Below are positions 48,844 through 59,300 of a DNA stretch of 64,000 bases, in pieces; positions within the stretch are counted from its first letter, which is position 1; every line of letters starts with the position of its first letter. Both the position numbers and the translations under genes were made by a program. Below the pieces are notes generated by a model that saw only the letters and a list, made by a program, of their open reading frames with translations, searched no databases and was not told the DNA's origin. The stretch is from an uncultured delta proteobacterium (GTDB taxonomy: Bacteria > Myxococcota_A > Polyangia > Polyangiales > Polyangiaceae). The stretch covers positions 5,312,001-5,376,000 of the forward strand of contig CAWDXG010000004.1 of assembly GCA_963806225.1 (NCBI GenBank). Direction: 5' to 3'.

Positions 48844-48978
48844 ATGGGCGACAAGTCCCCGAAATCCAAGCAGCGAGACAAGAAGCAGAAGGACGCCGCG
48901 AAGTCGCAGTCCAGAAACGACCAGGCCAGGCGCCAGCAGGCTTTTGCCTCGGCAGCCGGCAAGGACAAGAAGAAGTAG
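48844..48978 (+). CDS. Small basic protein (44 aa)
   Basis: GGAGG RBS; MGDKSPKSKQRDKKQKDAAKSQSRNDQARRQQAFASAAGKDKKK; all Lys but one encoded by AAG. Confidence 0.75.
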   Translation: MGDKSPKSKQRDKKQKDAAKSQSRNDQARRQQAFASAAGKDKKK

Positions 48979-49060
48979 GTCGGCGTCGGCGCGCAAACAG
49001 GACATCCAGCGCGTCGGGCGTGGCGACGACCGGCGGCCGCTCCGCGCCCCGGGGGGCTGT

Positions 49061-52000
49061 CTAGACAACCGGCCGGCTCCGGCGCGCGCGCCGTCGCTGC
49101 CGCCACAGATAGAACGCCGGCACGGCGAATAGGTTCAGCGCGGTCGACGACAGCAGCCCGCCGCACACGATGAACGCCATCGGGGCTTCGAGCTCGCTGC
49201 CGGCGCGGCCCATCGACGCCGCCAGGGGCAGCAGGCCGAAGAAGGCGGCGGCGGCCGTCATCAGGATGGGCAGCAGGCGTTCGCGCGCGGCTTGCAGCAC
49301 CACTTCGTCCGGCGCGCTGTCCGGCGACGCGGCGCGGAGCTGGTTCTTGTGCGACACGAGCATGATGCCGTTGCGGCTGATGATCCCGGCGAGCGTCACG
49401 AAGCCGACGAGGCCCGCCATGCTCAGCCCTTCCGGCAGCAGGAGTGCCGCCGCCACGCCGCCGGCCAGCCCGAGCGGCAGGCCGCCGAGGACGACGCCCG
49501 CGTCGACGAGCGAGCCGAAAGCCAACCACAGGAACGCGAAGATCGCCGCCAGTACGAGGCCCACCGTCACCGCCAGCTCGGCGCTGGCCTGTCGTCGCTC
49601 GGCCGCCTGGCCGGCGAGCTTCCACGAGGTTCCTGCGGGCAGTTGGGCCCTGGCCATCAGCCGCTCGATGTGCTCGGCGACGTTGGAGAGCTGTCTGCTC
49701 CTGGGGCGGGCCGTGACGGTGACCACGCGCCGGCCTCCTTCGTGATGGATTATCGCCGGCTCGGCGCCGTTCTCGATCTTCACGAGCGCCGACAGCGGGA
49801 GCACGCAGGACCGGGCGGTCGAGATGGGGAGATCGGCGAGGCGGTTCGGTGTGCGAAGCCCGTGCTCCCCGGCGACCACGACCGGCACGGAGAAACCGCC
49901 AGGCACGTTTTCGTCCGCCACGTGGAGCCCCTGGCGCCACGTGGCCGCGCCGTCGACGACGCCGGCACGGCGTACGCCGGCGATGTCCAGGCGCGCGTCG
50001 TCGATATGCAGGTCGAGCGTCGGCGCGTCGGTGAGGCCGGGGGAGCGTACCTCCTCTACTCCCGGGACGCGCGAGAGCTGCGGGATCAGTGCCCGGGCTG
50101 CGCTGCGCAGGGCGTGCAGATCGTCTCCGTAGAACTTGACTGCGATAGGCGCCCGCTCGCCGGACAGCACCTCGTTGATGCGCTCGCCCAGAAAGCCATC
50201 GACGCCTGACTCCACGCCGGGCAGCTGGGCCAGGCGCCGCCTGATGTCCGCGCCGACCGCGTCCGGGTCGCGCCCAGGGGGCAGCACGAGATCCATCTCG
50301 ACACGGTTGACCGGCGCGGCGTCCTCGTCGAGCGCGGCACGGCCGACCCGCGCCACCACGCGGGGCAGTCCGGCGCCGTGCCGCAGGGCGGTGTCGACCC
50401 GTGCGGCCAGCCGCGTGGTCTGCTCGATCGAAGTCCCGGGCGCGGCTCTGAGCTCGGCGATCAGCACGCCCGCATGGAAATCGGGAAGGAAGGCGCCGCC
50501 GAGTAGCGGCAGGGCCACGAGCGCGGCGACGCCCAGGACCACCGCGCCGAGCAGGACGCGCCCGGGCGTGCGGCTCACGCGGTCGAGCGTGCGGCTGTAG
50601 CCGCGGCGGAGCAACCCGGCGAGCCACGTCTCGCGCGCGTCGAGCTTGTGGAAGGCCGGAAGCAGGAGGGCAGCGAGAGCGGGTGTGACAGTTAGCGCGA
50701 CGATCAGCGACGCGGCGACGGCGAGCGCGTACGCCTGTGCGAGCGGCGAGAAGATGCGGCCGGCGAGACCGCCCAGGATGATAACCGGCGTCAGCACCGC
50801 GACGACGATCAGCGAAGCGTACACGACGGCGCCGCGCACCTCGGCCGAGGCGTCGTGGATGACCTGGAGCGCGGGGAGCGGGTCGGGGCGATGGGCGTTT
50901 TGCTGGAGCCTCCGCCAGATGTTCTCAACGTCGACGATGGCGTCGTCGACGACCTCCCCGATCGCGACCGCCAGGCCGCCCAGGATCATGCCGTTGATCG
51001 TGACCCCGCACAGCAAGAGGACGGTCGCGGCCGCGACGATCGACAGCGGCAGCGCCGTCAGGCTGATGATCGCGAGGCGCGGCGAGCGCAGAAACGCGAC
51101 CAGGATAAAGATGACCAGCACCGCGCCGATCGCCATGTCGCGCGCCAGCTCGCCGAGCGAGGTGTGGATGAAATCCGCCTGGCGGAAGCTCGGCGGACGT
51201 CGCCGAGCTCCCGGCGGAAGCTCGGCGTCGAGCTTGCCGAGCGCCGACTCGACCCTGCCGGTTACCTGCACCGTGTCGGCCCATGGGAGCTTGTCCACTT
51301 GCAGGCAGATCGCCGGCTGTCCGTTGTACAGCGCAGCGCCGACAGCCGGCGCGGCGCCCGGGGCTACCTGGGCCACGTCTGCCACACGCACCGGTAGGCC
51401 GTTCCGGGTCGCGATCGCAGTGTTGCCGATCTGGCTGGTGTTGCCCCACGACCAGATGCCGGCCGCCCTGAGCGGCTGCTGTTGCGATCCGGACTCGACG
51501 CGGCCGAGCGGAGCCAGGCTCTGCGCGTCTTCGAGAGATCGACGCAGCTTTTCGAGCGTCACGCCTCGCGCGAGCATCTCGGCAGGGTCCGGGCGGACTT
51601 CGATGCGTTGCGCGGCGCCGCCGTGCACGGTGACCCGGGCGACTCCGTTGATGGCTGCGAGGCGCGGCTCGACCTTCCACTGGGCAAACCGCCACAGAGC
51701 GGGTAGCGTCGTCGGGTCCTCGCGGGCGTCGGTGTAGCAGAACCTGAGCAGCGCACCGACTGGAGCCGTGATGGGAGCGAGCCGGGGTGCCGGCAGCGTC
51801 GCCGGAAGCCGCGCCCGGGCCTCGACAAGCCGTTCCCCCACGAGCTGCCGCGCGCGGAAGATGTCGACGCCGTCCTCGAACGTGAGCTGGATCACCGACA
51901 AGCCCGCGGCCGTGGTCGAACGCACGCGCGTCACGTCCGGCACTCCCAATAGGCTCTGTTCGAGCGGCGTCGTGACGAGCCGCTCCACGTCGGAGCTGCC

Positions 52001-52177
52001 AAGGCCGCGCGCTTCCGCCTGGACGACGACGAGCGGAGGTGCAAAGTCGGGCAGCGCGTCCAGATGTGCGCCGCGCGCCGACCACACGCCGACGACGATC
52101 AGCACGACAGCTCCGAGCAGTACCAGGTACCGGTTCTTGATCGAGCCGCGGATGACCGCGTCGAAGAGCGTGTTCAC
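49061..52177 (-). CDS. RND efflux permease, CusA/CzcA (heavy-metal) type
   Basis: GTG 52177 overlapping the MFP stop; LDALPD, AIGEVVDDAIVDVEN, ERLLPILMT. Confidence 0.93.
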   Translation of the reverse strand: MNTLFDAVIRGSIKNRYLVLLGAVVLIVVGVWSARGAHLDALPDFAPPLVVVQAEARGLGSSDVERLVTTPLEQSLLGVPDVTRVRSTTAAGLSVIQLTFEDGVDIFRARQLVGERLVEARARLPATLPAPRLAPITAPVGALLRFCYTDAREDPTTLPALWRFAQWKVEPRLAAINGVARVTVHGGAAQRIEVRPDPAEMLARGVTLEKLRRSLEDAQSLAPLGRVESGSQQQPLRAAGIWSWGNTSQIGNTAIATRNGLPVRVADVAQVAPGAAPAVGAALYNGQPAICLQVDKLPWADTVQVTGRVESALGKLDAELPPGARRRPPSFRQADFIHTSLGELARDMAIGAVLVIFILVAFLRSPRLAIISLTALPLSIVAAATVLLLCGVTINGMILGGLAVAIGEVVDDAIVDVENIWRRLQQNAHRPDPLPALQVIHDASAEVRGAVVYASLIVVAVLTPVIILGGLAGRIFSPLAQAYALAVAASLIVALTVTPALAALLLPAFHKLDARETWLAGLLRRGYSRTLDRVSRTPGRVLLGAVVLGVAALVALPLLGGAFLPDFHAGVLIAELRAAPGTSIEQTTRLAARVDTALRHGAGLPRVVARVGRAALDEDAAPVNRVEMDLVLPPGRDPDAVGADIRRRLAQLPGVESGVDGFLGERINEVLSGERAPIAVKFYGDDLHALRSAARALIPQLSRVPGVEEVRSPGLTDAPTLDLHIDDARLDIAGVRRAGVVDGAATWRQGLHVADENVPGGFSVPVVVAGEHGLRTPNRLADLPISTARSCVLPLSALVKIENGAEPAIIHHEGGRRVVTVTARPRSRQLSNVAEHIERLMARAQLPAGTSWKLAGQAAERRQASAELAVTVGLVLAAIFAFLWLAFGSLVDAGVVLGGLPLGLAGGVAAALLLPEGLSMAGLVGFVTLAGIISRNGIMLVSHKNQLRAASPDSAPDEVVLQAARERLLPILMTAAAAFFGLLPLAASMGRAGSELEAPMAFIVCGGLLSSTALNLFAVPAFYLWRQRRRARRSRPVV

Positions 52178-53313
52178 CTTGCGTCTCCGGCACCGGGCGG
52201 AGCCCGCGCCAGCACACCGAGCAACGCCCACGCCCCCCGGGAGACGACGCGATCCCCCGCGGCGAGCCCCGAAGTGATGGCGCTCCGCGTGGCGTCGCGC
52301 GCGCCGACTTTCACGCTGCGCGCTCTGTACCGACCGTCGCGCAGCTGGACGAACACGACCGACCCGGAGCCGCGGCGCACCACGGCACGGGCCGGCACCA
52401 CGACGCCGTGCGTTGGATAGCGCACCTCGACCGCGACGATCGCGCCGGGCGGCAGATCGGCCGCAGCTTCCGGCGGCGCTTCCAGCCGGTCGCGGCGCGT
52501 CCCGTCGGACTGCACAACCACGCCGCGGCTCAGCAACCTGGCCGAGACGGACCCTGTCACGCCCTCGACGCGATAGGCGGCGCCGACGGGGTCGCCCGGA
52601 GGCACGGCCAGATCGATCCAGCGCGGGCCCGGCTGCACGATGCGAGCGATGACGGTGCCCTGACCCACGAGTGCTCCTGTGTCGGTCGCGAGGCTCGCGA
52701 CCACGCCGCTCGCCGGCGCCCGGAGCTCGATGCGGCCGCCGGTCAGACGCCCCAGATCCGAGACGGCGCGACGGAGGCTCTTCTCGCGCGCCTGCTCGGC
52801 CGTGAGCCCGGCCTCGGCCTGCGCTTTTGCAGCCTGGGTGCCGAGGCCCGAGGCGATCAATGCGGAAGCGCGATCCAGCTCGCTCTGCCGGGCCTTGACT
52901 TCGGCGTGGGCCGCTTCGACCTGCCCCTGCAGCTCGCGCCGCTGCGCCTGCAGGCTGGCCTGGGACGCGGCGCTGACGAGTGGCTCGAGAGCGACCAGCT
53001 CGTCAGCGGCCGATACGTGCGCGCCCAGGGCGACCTTCGGCAGAGCGAGGCGTCCCGTAACCGGTGCGACGACAAGCGCATTTTCCTGCGGCCGCCCCAC
53101 CACCTTGCCGAACCTGAGCGAGCTGCGGGTGAGCACGCCCTTGCGCGCGACCGCTGTCTGGAGGCCGATCGCGGCGCGCTCCGCTCGCGTGAGGACGATG
53201 TGTCCGCTTCCATCGAGTCGCGACGGCGGCGGCGCATGCTCGTCCTCCTCGTGGCTTGTCCTGCAACCCGCCGTCAGCAGGACGGCAGAGAGCAGCAGGC
53301 ATACAGCCCGCAT
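52174..53313 (-). CDS. RND periplasmic adaptor (MFP), lipoprotein
   Basis: LTAGC lipobox, HEEDEH patch, APVTGR, LRAPASGVV, GLAAGDRVVSRGA. Confidence 0.9.
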   Translation of the reverse strand: MRAVCLLLSAVLLTAGCRTSHEEDEHAPPPSRLDGSGHIVLTRAERAAIGLQTAVARKGVLTRSSLRFGKVVGRPQENALVVAPVTGRLALPKVALGAHVSAADELVALEPLVSAASQASLQAQRRELQGQVEAAHAEVKARQSELDRASALIASGLGTQAAKAQAEAGLTAEQAREKSLRRAVSDLGRLTGGRIELRAPASGVVASLATDTGALVGQGTVIARIVQPGPRWIDLAVPPGDPVGAAYRVEGVTGSVSARLLSRGVVVQSDGTRRDRLEAPPEAAADLPPGAIVAVEVRYPTHGVVVPARAVVRRGSGSVVFVQLRDGRYRARSVKVGARDATRSAITSGLAAGDRVVSRGAWALLGVLARAPPGAGDAR

Positions 53314-53314
53314 C

Positions 53315-54160
53315 TCACCGGGCCGCGCCGAGCAACGCATGCATGACGCTTTCGCCGTAGACAAGCCCCAGGCACAGCGCGCCGAGCAGTAGGGCGAGCC
53401 ACCAGGCGCGGACCAGCCGTGACTGCGGCCGCGCGACCACGGTCGCCGCGTCGGGCGACAGCAGGCGGTGGACGCGCCAGGCGATGCCGTCGCCCGCGCC
53501 TGCGGCGCGGGCCGACGCGGTGGGGACCGGGCAGCACTGCAGTCGCGCCGCAGTCACGATGGCTTCGGCCAAATCCGTCGGATCGGTTCCGTCCGCGAGA
53601 GCGCTGCTGTCGCGGTCGGCTTCCAGTGCCAGGAGCCAGGCCGCGAAGCGCTGTGAAGCGCCCGGGACGGGCCACTGCAGATCGGCGCCGATCTGGGCCA
53701 GCCAGATACGGAGCGGATCGCGCCGCTCGACATGTGCCCGCTCGTGGGCGAGCGCAGCCCGGATAACCTCCTCCGGCACGCTCTCGAGGAAGCTCCGCGA
53801 GACCACGATCCGCGGCCTCAGCAGCCCGACAGTCGCGATAGGCGCGCGGTGGATGGATGCTGAACGCAGCGCCCGGATCGCGCGTACGAGAGCGCGCAGT
53901 GCTATGACAGCGCCGAGGGTGGCAAGCAGGTCCGACCGCAGACCGGCGCGTTCGTCAGCTGGGTTCGGCTCCTGCAACGACCAGCCCCACAGGAACGCGA
54001 ACGTGACGGCCCAGACGTACAGGGGGCGCATCAGCACCCACCAGGCGCGCGGCTCCGGCTCGTGCGCCGAGGCGTCGAGGCCCTGCGCCAGTGCACCGAG
54101 CCAGACGACAGCAGCGAACAGCGCCGCCGCGACGATGGCGAGGACGAGCTCAGGGTCCAT
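53315..54160 (-). CDS. M56 (BlaR1-like) membrane metallopeptidase lacking a penicillin-binding sensor domain
   Basis: TVGLLRPRIVVS, LAHERAH (HExxH), EADRD; TM helices. Confidence 0.88.
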   Translation of the reverse strand: MDPELVLAIVAAALFAAVVWLGALAQGLDASAHEPEPRAWWVLMRPLYVWAVTFAFLWGWSLQEPNPADERAGLRSDLLATLGAVIALRALVRAIRALRSASIHRAPIATVGLLRPRIVVSRSFLESVPEEVIRAALAHERAHVERRDPLRIWLAQIGADLQWPVPGASQRFAAWLLALEADRDSSALADGTDPTDLAEAIVTAARLQCCPVPTASARAAGAGDGIAWRVHRLLSPDAATVVARPQSRLVRAWWLALLLGALCLGLVYGESVMHALLGAAR

Positions 54161-54572
54161 GGCGTCGCCTCTTCCTCGCCCGGAGCTCCGCCTCCAGTGT
54201 CTGGACCAGCTCCGGGGAAACGTCCTCGAGGGCACCAACCAGCGCGGCGACGGCTGGTAGCGGCCCGCTCTCGGCGAGCTTCCGGATGATCCCTCGTGCC
54301 ATCGCACGCTGGGTCTCGTCGCGCTCTGCGACGGCCTGGAAGGTGTGCGCGCGGCCCGTCCGGTGACGTTTCACCATGCCCTTTTCGACGAGGCGATCGA
54401 GCACCTTGGCTACCGTCGTGTAGACGATCCCGCGCGGCGCGCCGACCTCTTCGTAGAGCTCGCGCACCGTTGCCTGCTCGCGCGCCCACAGTGCGGCCAG
54501 CAGGCTGCGCTCGAGCTCGCCGCCGGGCAGCGCGCGCTGCCGTCCCGGGTTGCCTCTTGATGGTCTTGGCAT
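54150..54572 (-). CDS. BlaI/MecI/CopY family repressor
   Basis: GELERSLLAALW..ATVREL..YTTVAKVLDRLVEKG; alternative start 54587. Confidence 0.92.
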   Translation of the reverse strand: MPRPSRGNPGRQRALPGGELERSLLAALWAREQATVRELYEEVGAPRGIVYTTVAKVLDRLVEKGMVKRHRTGRAHTFQAVAERDETQRAMARGIIRKLAESGPLPAVAALVGALEDVSPELVQTLEAELRARKRRRHGP

Positions 54573-54576
54573 ATCT

Positions 54577-54626
54577 CTACGGCGCATGTCGTAGTTAGTC
54601 TGCGACTCGCGTCGTAGGTCCGTCAA
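54577..54626 (-). promoter_or_regulatory. Two BlaI-type operators overlapping a sigma-70-type promoter
   Basis: CTACGGC-N4-GTCGTAG (54577-54594) and CTGCGAC-N4-GTCGTAG (54600-54617); TTGACG-N18-CAGACT on the minus strand. Confidence 0.75.
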
Positions 54627-54787
54627 GGCCCGGCTGTTCGCTGCCGGCTGGTCCTCTGCCGTCCGGGCACGGCGCGGCGGGGGTCGCCGGCGTCCGCGCT
54701 CCGCGTCACGTCCCGGCCTGTCCGGGCAGCACGCTCGCCCCTGGCTCGACCTGCCGGACTACGCGTCCGGCCTTTGACTGCGCCTCC

Positions 54788-56221
54788 TCAGGGGCAGCCG
54801 CCGGTCCCCGCCGCCGGCGCACCGGTCGGCGGGGTCATGAGCGCCGGTTGCGTGAAGTCGAACATGTCGAGCAGCGCGTCCGAGTTGGCGTCGCGATTGG
54901 TCAGCGCCGGCAGGTCGAAGAGGAGCTCGACGAAGCGGGTGATCGACGTGGCCTCGTGCACGCGGTGCGAGACGTAGCCGGGCCGCGCCCAGGGCGAAAC
55001 GATCAAGAGCGGAACGCGGAAGCCCATGCGGTTGAAGGAGGCGTTGACGCTCCGGTTGTCCGGCACGCAGGCGTGCGGCGGCTTCACGTGATCGAAGAAG
55101 CCGCCGGCCTCGTCGTAGGTGTAGATGAGCGCGGTGTTCTTCCACTGGGGGCTCTTGAAAAGCGCCATGACCAGCTTCCGGAAGAAGGCTTCCCCCTTCT
55201 GCACGTCGGCCACCGAGTGCTCGTCCAGGTCGCCACCGACGTCGACGAAGGACACCCGCTTCAGCGTGCCGCCCGAAAGATCAGTGAAGAGCTGGCTCAG
55301 CGGAGCGACGCCGGGCGACGAGGTCGTCCGGCCCACGCACTTCGTGCGCACATGCCCGCTATAGTACTCACGGTAGCTCACGCCAGCGTCGTGCAACACG
55401 TCGAAGATGGTGCGGACGCCGATGATCCGCTCGTCCGTGTTCTTCACGCCGTCGGAGGTCGCGTCGTAGAGGTAGTCCCGGTTCGGCCAGGTCGGTCCGA
55501 GCACCGAGCTGAACTGGTGGTCCGCCATCGAAAAGTGGCTGTAGGCCCAGTAGTAGAAGGGGATGTCACGTTCGTCGAACCAGTAGAGCGCGCGGCGCCC
55601 GTTCCCGTTGCTGGCGGCGTTCTGGTAGAAGCCGTCGAGCTTGCCGCTGTTGTACTGGTCGTGCATCGCGGTCCAGTTGTGGTGGATGTCCGGTGAGATG
55701 CAGGTGCTCGGCGAATGCCGCACGGTCGACGTGCCGCCGGACCCGTCGGGATTGCTGAAATTGGACGGAAAGCTTTCGACGGGGTGTCCGTAGTGCGTCA
55801 GGCGGCCGAAGTAGTGGTCGAACGAACGATTCTCCTGCATGAAGACGATCACGTGCTTGATCGGAATGGCTTTCCGCTCCGCGTCCGTGATGCCAATCGT
55901 CTTCTGCACGTGCGCGCCCGCCTTGAACTCGCACGCCTCGCGCCGCGGCCTGTAGATAGGGTCGGGGTCACCGGCGTCCGCGGATCCGGAGTCGGGAACG
56001 TCGGCGTCTGATGGGCCCGCGGCGTCCGCGTCGCCCGCATCGGTGGGGACCGCGCCGCCCCCATCGGTGGGGACCGCGCCGTCGGATGCATCGGGCCAAC
56101 CGACGGAGACAGCCCCTCCCGCGGCATCCATGCCAGCGTCGTCCGCGCTCGCCTGCGAGTCGGCTCCGCTGCAGCCAGCAAGCGAGATGAGCAGAAGGGA
56201 GAAGGTCACGAGGAGCTTCAT
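54788..56221 (-). CDS. Phospholipase C/acid phosphatase (phosphoesterase family) lipoprotein
   Basis: LAGC lipobox; DAG-rich linker; IKHVIVFMQENRSFDHYFG, GPTWPNR, YDEAGGFFDH, GFRVPL. Confidence 0.92.
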   Translation of the reverse strand: MKLLVTFSLLLISLAGCSGADSQASADDAGMDAAGGAVSVGWPDASDGAVPTDGGGAVPTDAGDADAAGPSDADVPDSGSADAGDPDPIYRPRREACEFKAGAHVQKTIGITDAERKAIPIKHVIVFMQENRSFDHYFGRLTHYGHPVESFPSNFSNPDGSGGTSTVRHSPSTCISPDIHHNWTAMHDQYNSGKLDGFYQNAASNGNGRRALYWFDERDIPFYYWAYSHFSMADHQFSSVLGPTWPNRDYLYDATSDGVKNTDERIIGVRTIFDVLHDAGVSYREYYSGHVRTKCVGRTTSSPGVAPLSQLFTDLSGGTLKRVSFVDVGGDLDEHSVADVQKGEAFFRKLVMALFKSPQWKNTALIYTYDEAGGFFDHVKPPHACVPDNRSVNASFNRMGFRVPLLIVSPWARPGYVSHRVHEATSITRFVELLFDLPALTNRDANSDALLDMFDFTQPALMTPPTGAPAAGTGGCP

Positions 56222-56325
56222 CCCGCCAGAATACATGTGGCGGGGTGCGCGCCGAACCCCTCGCTCAAATCCCGCAGGATATCGGGCGGTCGCGGCGGAA
56301 TGGACCGGTGCCGACCGGTTCCAGG

Positions 56326-59300
56326 TCATGCACGTTGCCCCCTTGTGCCGCCGAGCAAGTGGAACAGCACCGGTAGCACCAGCAGCACCGCTGGCACCGT
56401 CAGCACGAGCCCCGATATGATCGCGATGGCGAGCGGCGCGAGCATCGCCGAGCCCTGACCGATGGAGAGCGCCAGCGGCACCAGCGCCAGGATCGCCGCA
56501 AGCGCGGTCATCAGGATCGGCCGGAAGCGCAGGACCCCCGCCTCGAGGAGCCGCTCGTCCGCAGGCATCGCGGGGTCGAGGTCCTTCCACTGGCTCATGT
56601 AGAAGACGGCCGCCTCGCTGGAGATGCCAACGATCATCGTCAGGCCCATCATCGACGTGATGTTGAGCTCGGTGCCCGTCCACCACAGCCCGGAGAACAC
56701 CGCCGTCGTCGAGAGCAGCGCCACGGCCAGGATGGCTAGCGGCGCGCTGAAGCGCTCGTACAGGTAGAGCAAGAGCGCGAACAGCAGCAGCACCGCTGCG
56801 ACCATCACGCCAATCAGGCCGCGAAACGACTTCTGTTGCTCCTGGTAGAGCCCGCCGTATCCGACGTACGCCCCGGGTGGCATGGACATTCCGCCGACTG
56901 CACTCTTCACGTCTTTCATCACCGAGCCCATGTCGCGGCCCGAGATGCGTCCGGTCACGGCCACCATCGTCTTCAGGTTGTCGCGGGTGATCTGCGGCTG
57001 TCCGACCTTTCGCTCGATGCTCGCCACGCGCCCGAGACGCACGCGCGTGCCATTGCTCGTAATCAGCGGCAGGTCGCGGATCTGCGCCATCCGCTTGCGC
57101 AGCTCCGGCTCCGTCCACACACGGATGCCGACCATCTTCTCGCCGCGCTGCACCTGGGTCGTAACGACGCCGCCGACGACGACCTCGGCCAGGTGGGTCA
57201 CTTCCTCCGGGTCGAGGCCGAGCCGTTCGGCCTTGAGGCGGTCCACGCGGATGTCCAATGCGTCGCCCGCCAGTACTACGCCGCTCTTCACGTCGACTAC
57301 GCCATTGACCTTGCGGATGCGGGCGGCGACCCGCCGTGCCTCGGTGCGCAATTGGTCGGGAGTTGCTCCGAACAATTTGACCTCGATCGGCTGCGGCACC
57401 GCCGTCAGGTCGCCGATCAGATCCTCCATCAGCTGCGCGAGCTCGATGGTCACTCCGGGTACCCGCTGCTGGACCTTCTCGCGCACCTCATCCATGACTT
57501 CGTCGATGGTTCGGCGCGGCGGCGGCTTCAGCCGTACGAAGTAGTCGCCTTCGTTGGCCTCGGTGAGCCCACCGCCAAGTTGGATCCCGGTGCGCCGCGA
57601 GTACGAGCTCACTTCGGGGATGCTCTGCAGGATCTTCTCGAGCTGTCTCAACCTGCGATCCGTCTCGGTCAGCGATGTGCCGGGTGGCGCACGGTAATCC
57701 AGCACGAATCCGCCCTCGTCCATGGCGGGCATGAAGCCGGAGCCCGTATGGCGGTAGGCGACCCAGCCTAGCGCGAGCAGCGGCACTACACCGAGCAGCA
57801 ACCACGCCGGCCGTGCCAGCAGCGCCGTGAGCAGGCGACGGTATCCGGACAGCACCTTGCCCAGGATCGGCCCGATATCTTCCGTCTTCGCGTCGCGCGG
57901 ACGCAGCATCATCGCCGAGAGCAGTGGCACGCCGAGAAACGCGAACAGGTAGGAGACGACCAGCGCCGAGGCCATGGTGAGCGACAACGCCTTGAAGAAG
58001 GCGCCCGTCACGCCGCTCAGGAAGGCCAGCGGCACGAACACCGTCACGGTCGCGAGCGATGACCCGGTGAGCGGCACGGCCATCTCGCGCGCTGCTTCGA
58101 GCAGTGTGTCGCGCCGGCCGTGGCCCGAGCCACGTAGCCGATGAATGCCGTGCTCGACCATCACGATGCCGTCGTCGAGAACGAGCCCGATCGCCGAGGC
58201 CATGCCGCCGAGCGTCATGATGTTGATGCCCTGGCCCATCGCGCGCAGCAAGAGGAGCGTGATCGCCAGCACGGCCGGCACGCAGATCGAGGCCACCAGC
58301 GTGATCCGGAGGTTCCTCAAAAACAGCCACAGCACCAGCACAGCGAGCAGCACGCCGATGAGTGCGGCGTCGCGCACGGCGCTGACGGAGGCGTTGATGA
58401 GATCGGTCTGATCGTACCACGTCCGGATCTCGAGGTCCTTCGGCGCCCGGGCTTTGTATTCGTCGAGCCGTTGTCTCAGATCACTGGCGATCTGTACGGT
58501 ATTGCCATTGCGCTGCTGGTAGACGTCCACGAGCACCGCGTCCCGGCCGTGGGCGACCACGCGCGTCCACTGCGGCGCGGGCGCATCGCGCACCGTCGCC
58601 ACGTCGTCGAGCAGTACGACGCCCTTGGGACTCTGCTTGACGATGACGTGCTCGAGCTCGCCGAGGTTCGTGAACTGCGTGTCGCTGAGGACGAGGTACA
58701 GCTTTTCCTGCTGCTCGAGCCTACCGACCGCCTGCACGACGTTGGCAGCCGACACGGCGCGCACGACGTCGTCCAGTGTTACGCCGGCAGCATCGAGCCG
58801 GACCGGGTCGACCAGGACCTGGAGCTCCTCGGTGCGCCCGCCCTGCACCCGGATGCGCGAGACTCCGCGGATGGTCGAAAGCCGCGGGCCCAGGTCGTAG
58901 AGCGCGCGGTCCCGCAACTCGACCAGCGAGCGGGATTTCGAGCTCAAGCTAAGCCCGATGACCGGGAACACCGTCGGGTCCATGCGCCGGACCTCGTAGC
59001 TCACGCCGGAAGGCAACGACCCCACCGCCTGGCTGATGGCTGAATCGACGAGCAGCGTGCTGGCCACCATGTCGACGCCCCAGTCGAAGTCGACCGAGAT
59101 GTCCGCGCTGCCGCGGCTCGTGTTCGAGCGCACGCTGCGTACGCCCTGCACGCCGCGGATCGCTTCCTCGAGCGGGCGCGTCACCTCCACGACCATGCGA
59201 TCGGCTGGGCGATCGCCGGCGTCGACGTTGACGACGACGCGCGGAAAGGTGGCTCGCGGGAACAGGCCGACCGGCAGGCTCCAGAGCGAGGCGATGCCGC

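Noticed and set aside
56035..56085. 24-bp tandem duplication (catcggtggggaccgcgccg..)
   Set aside because: Encodes GAVPTD linker repeats in the phosphoesterase lipoprotein; ordinary low-complexity linker.
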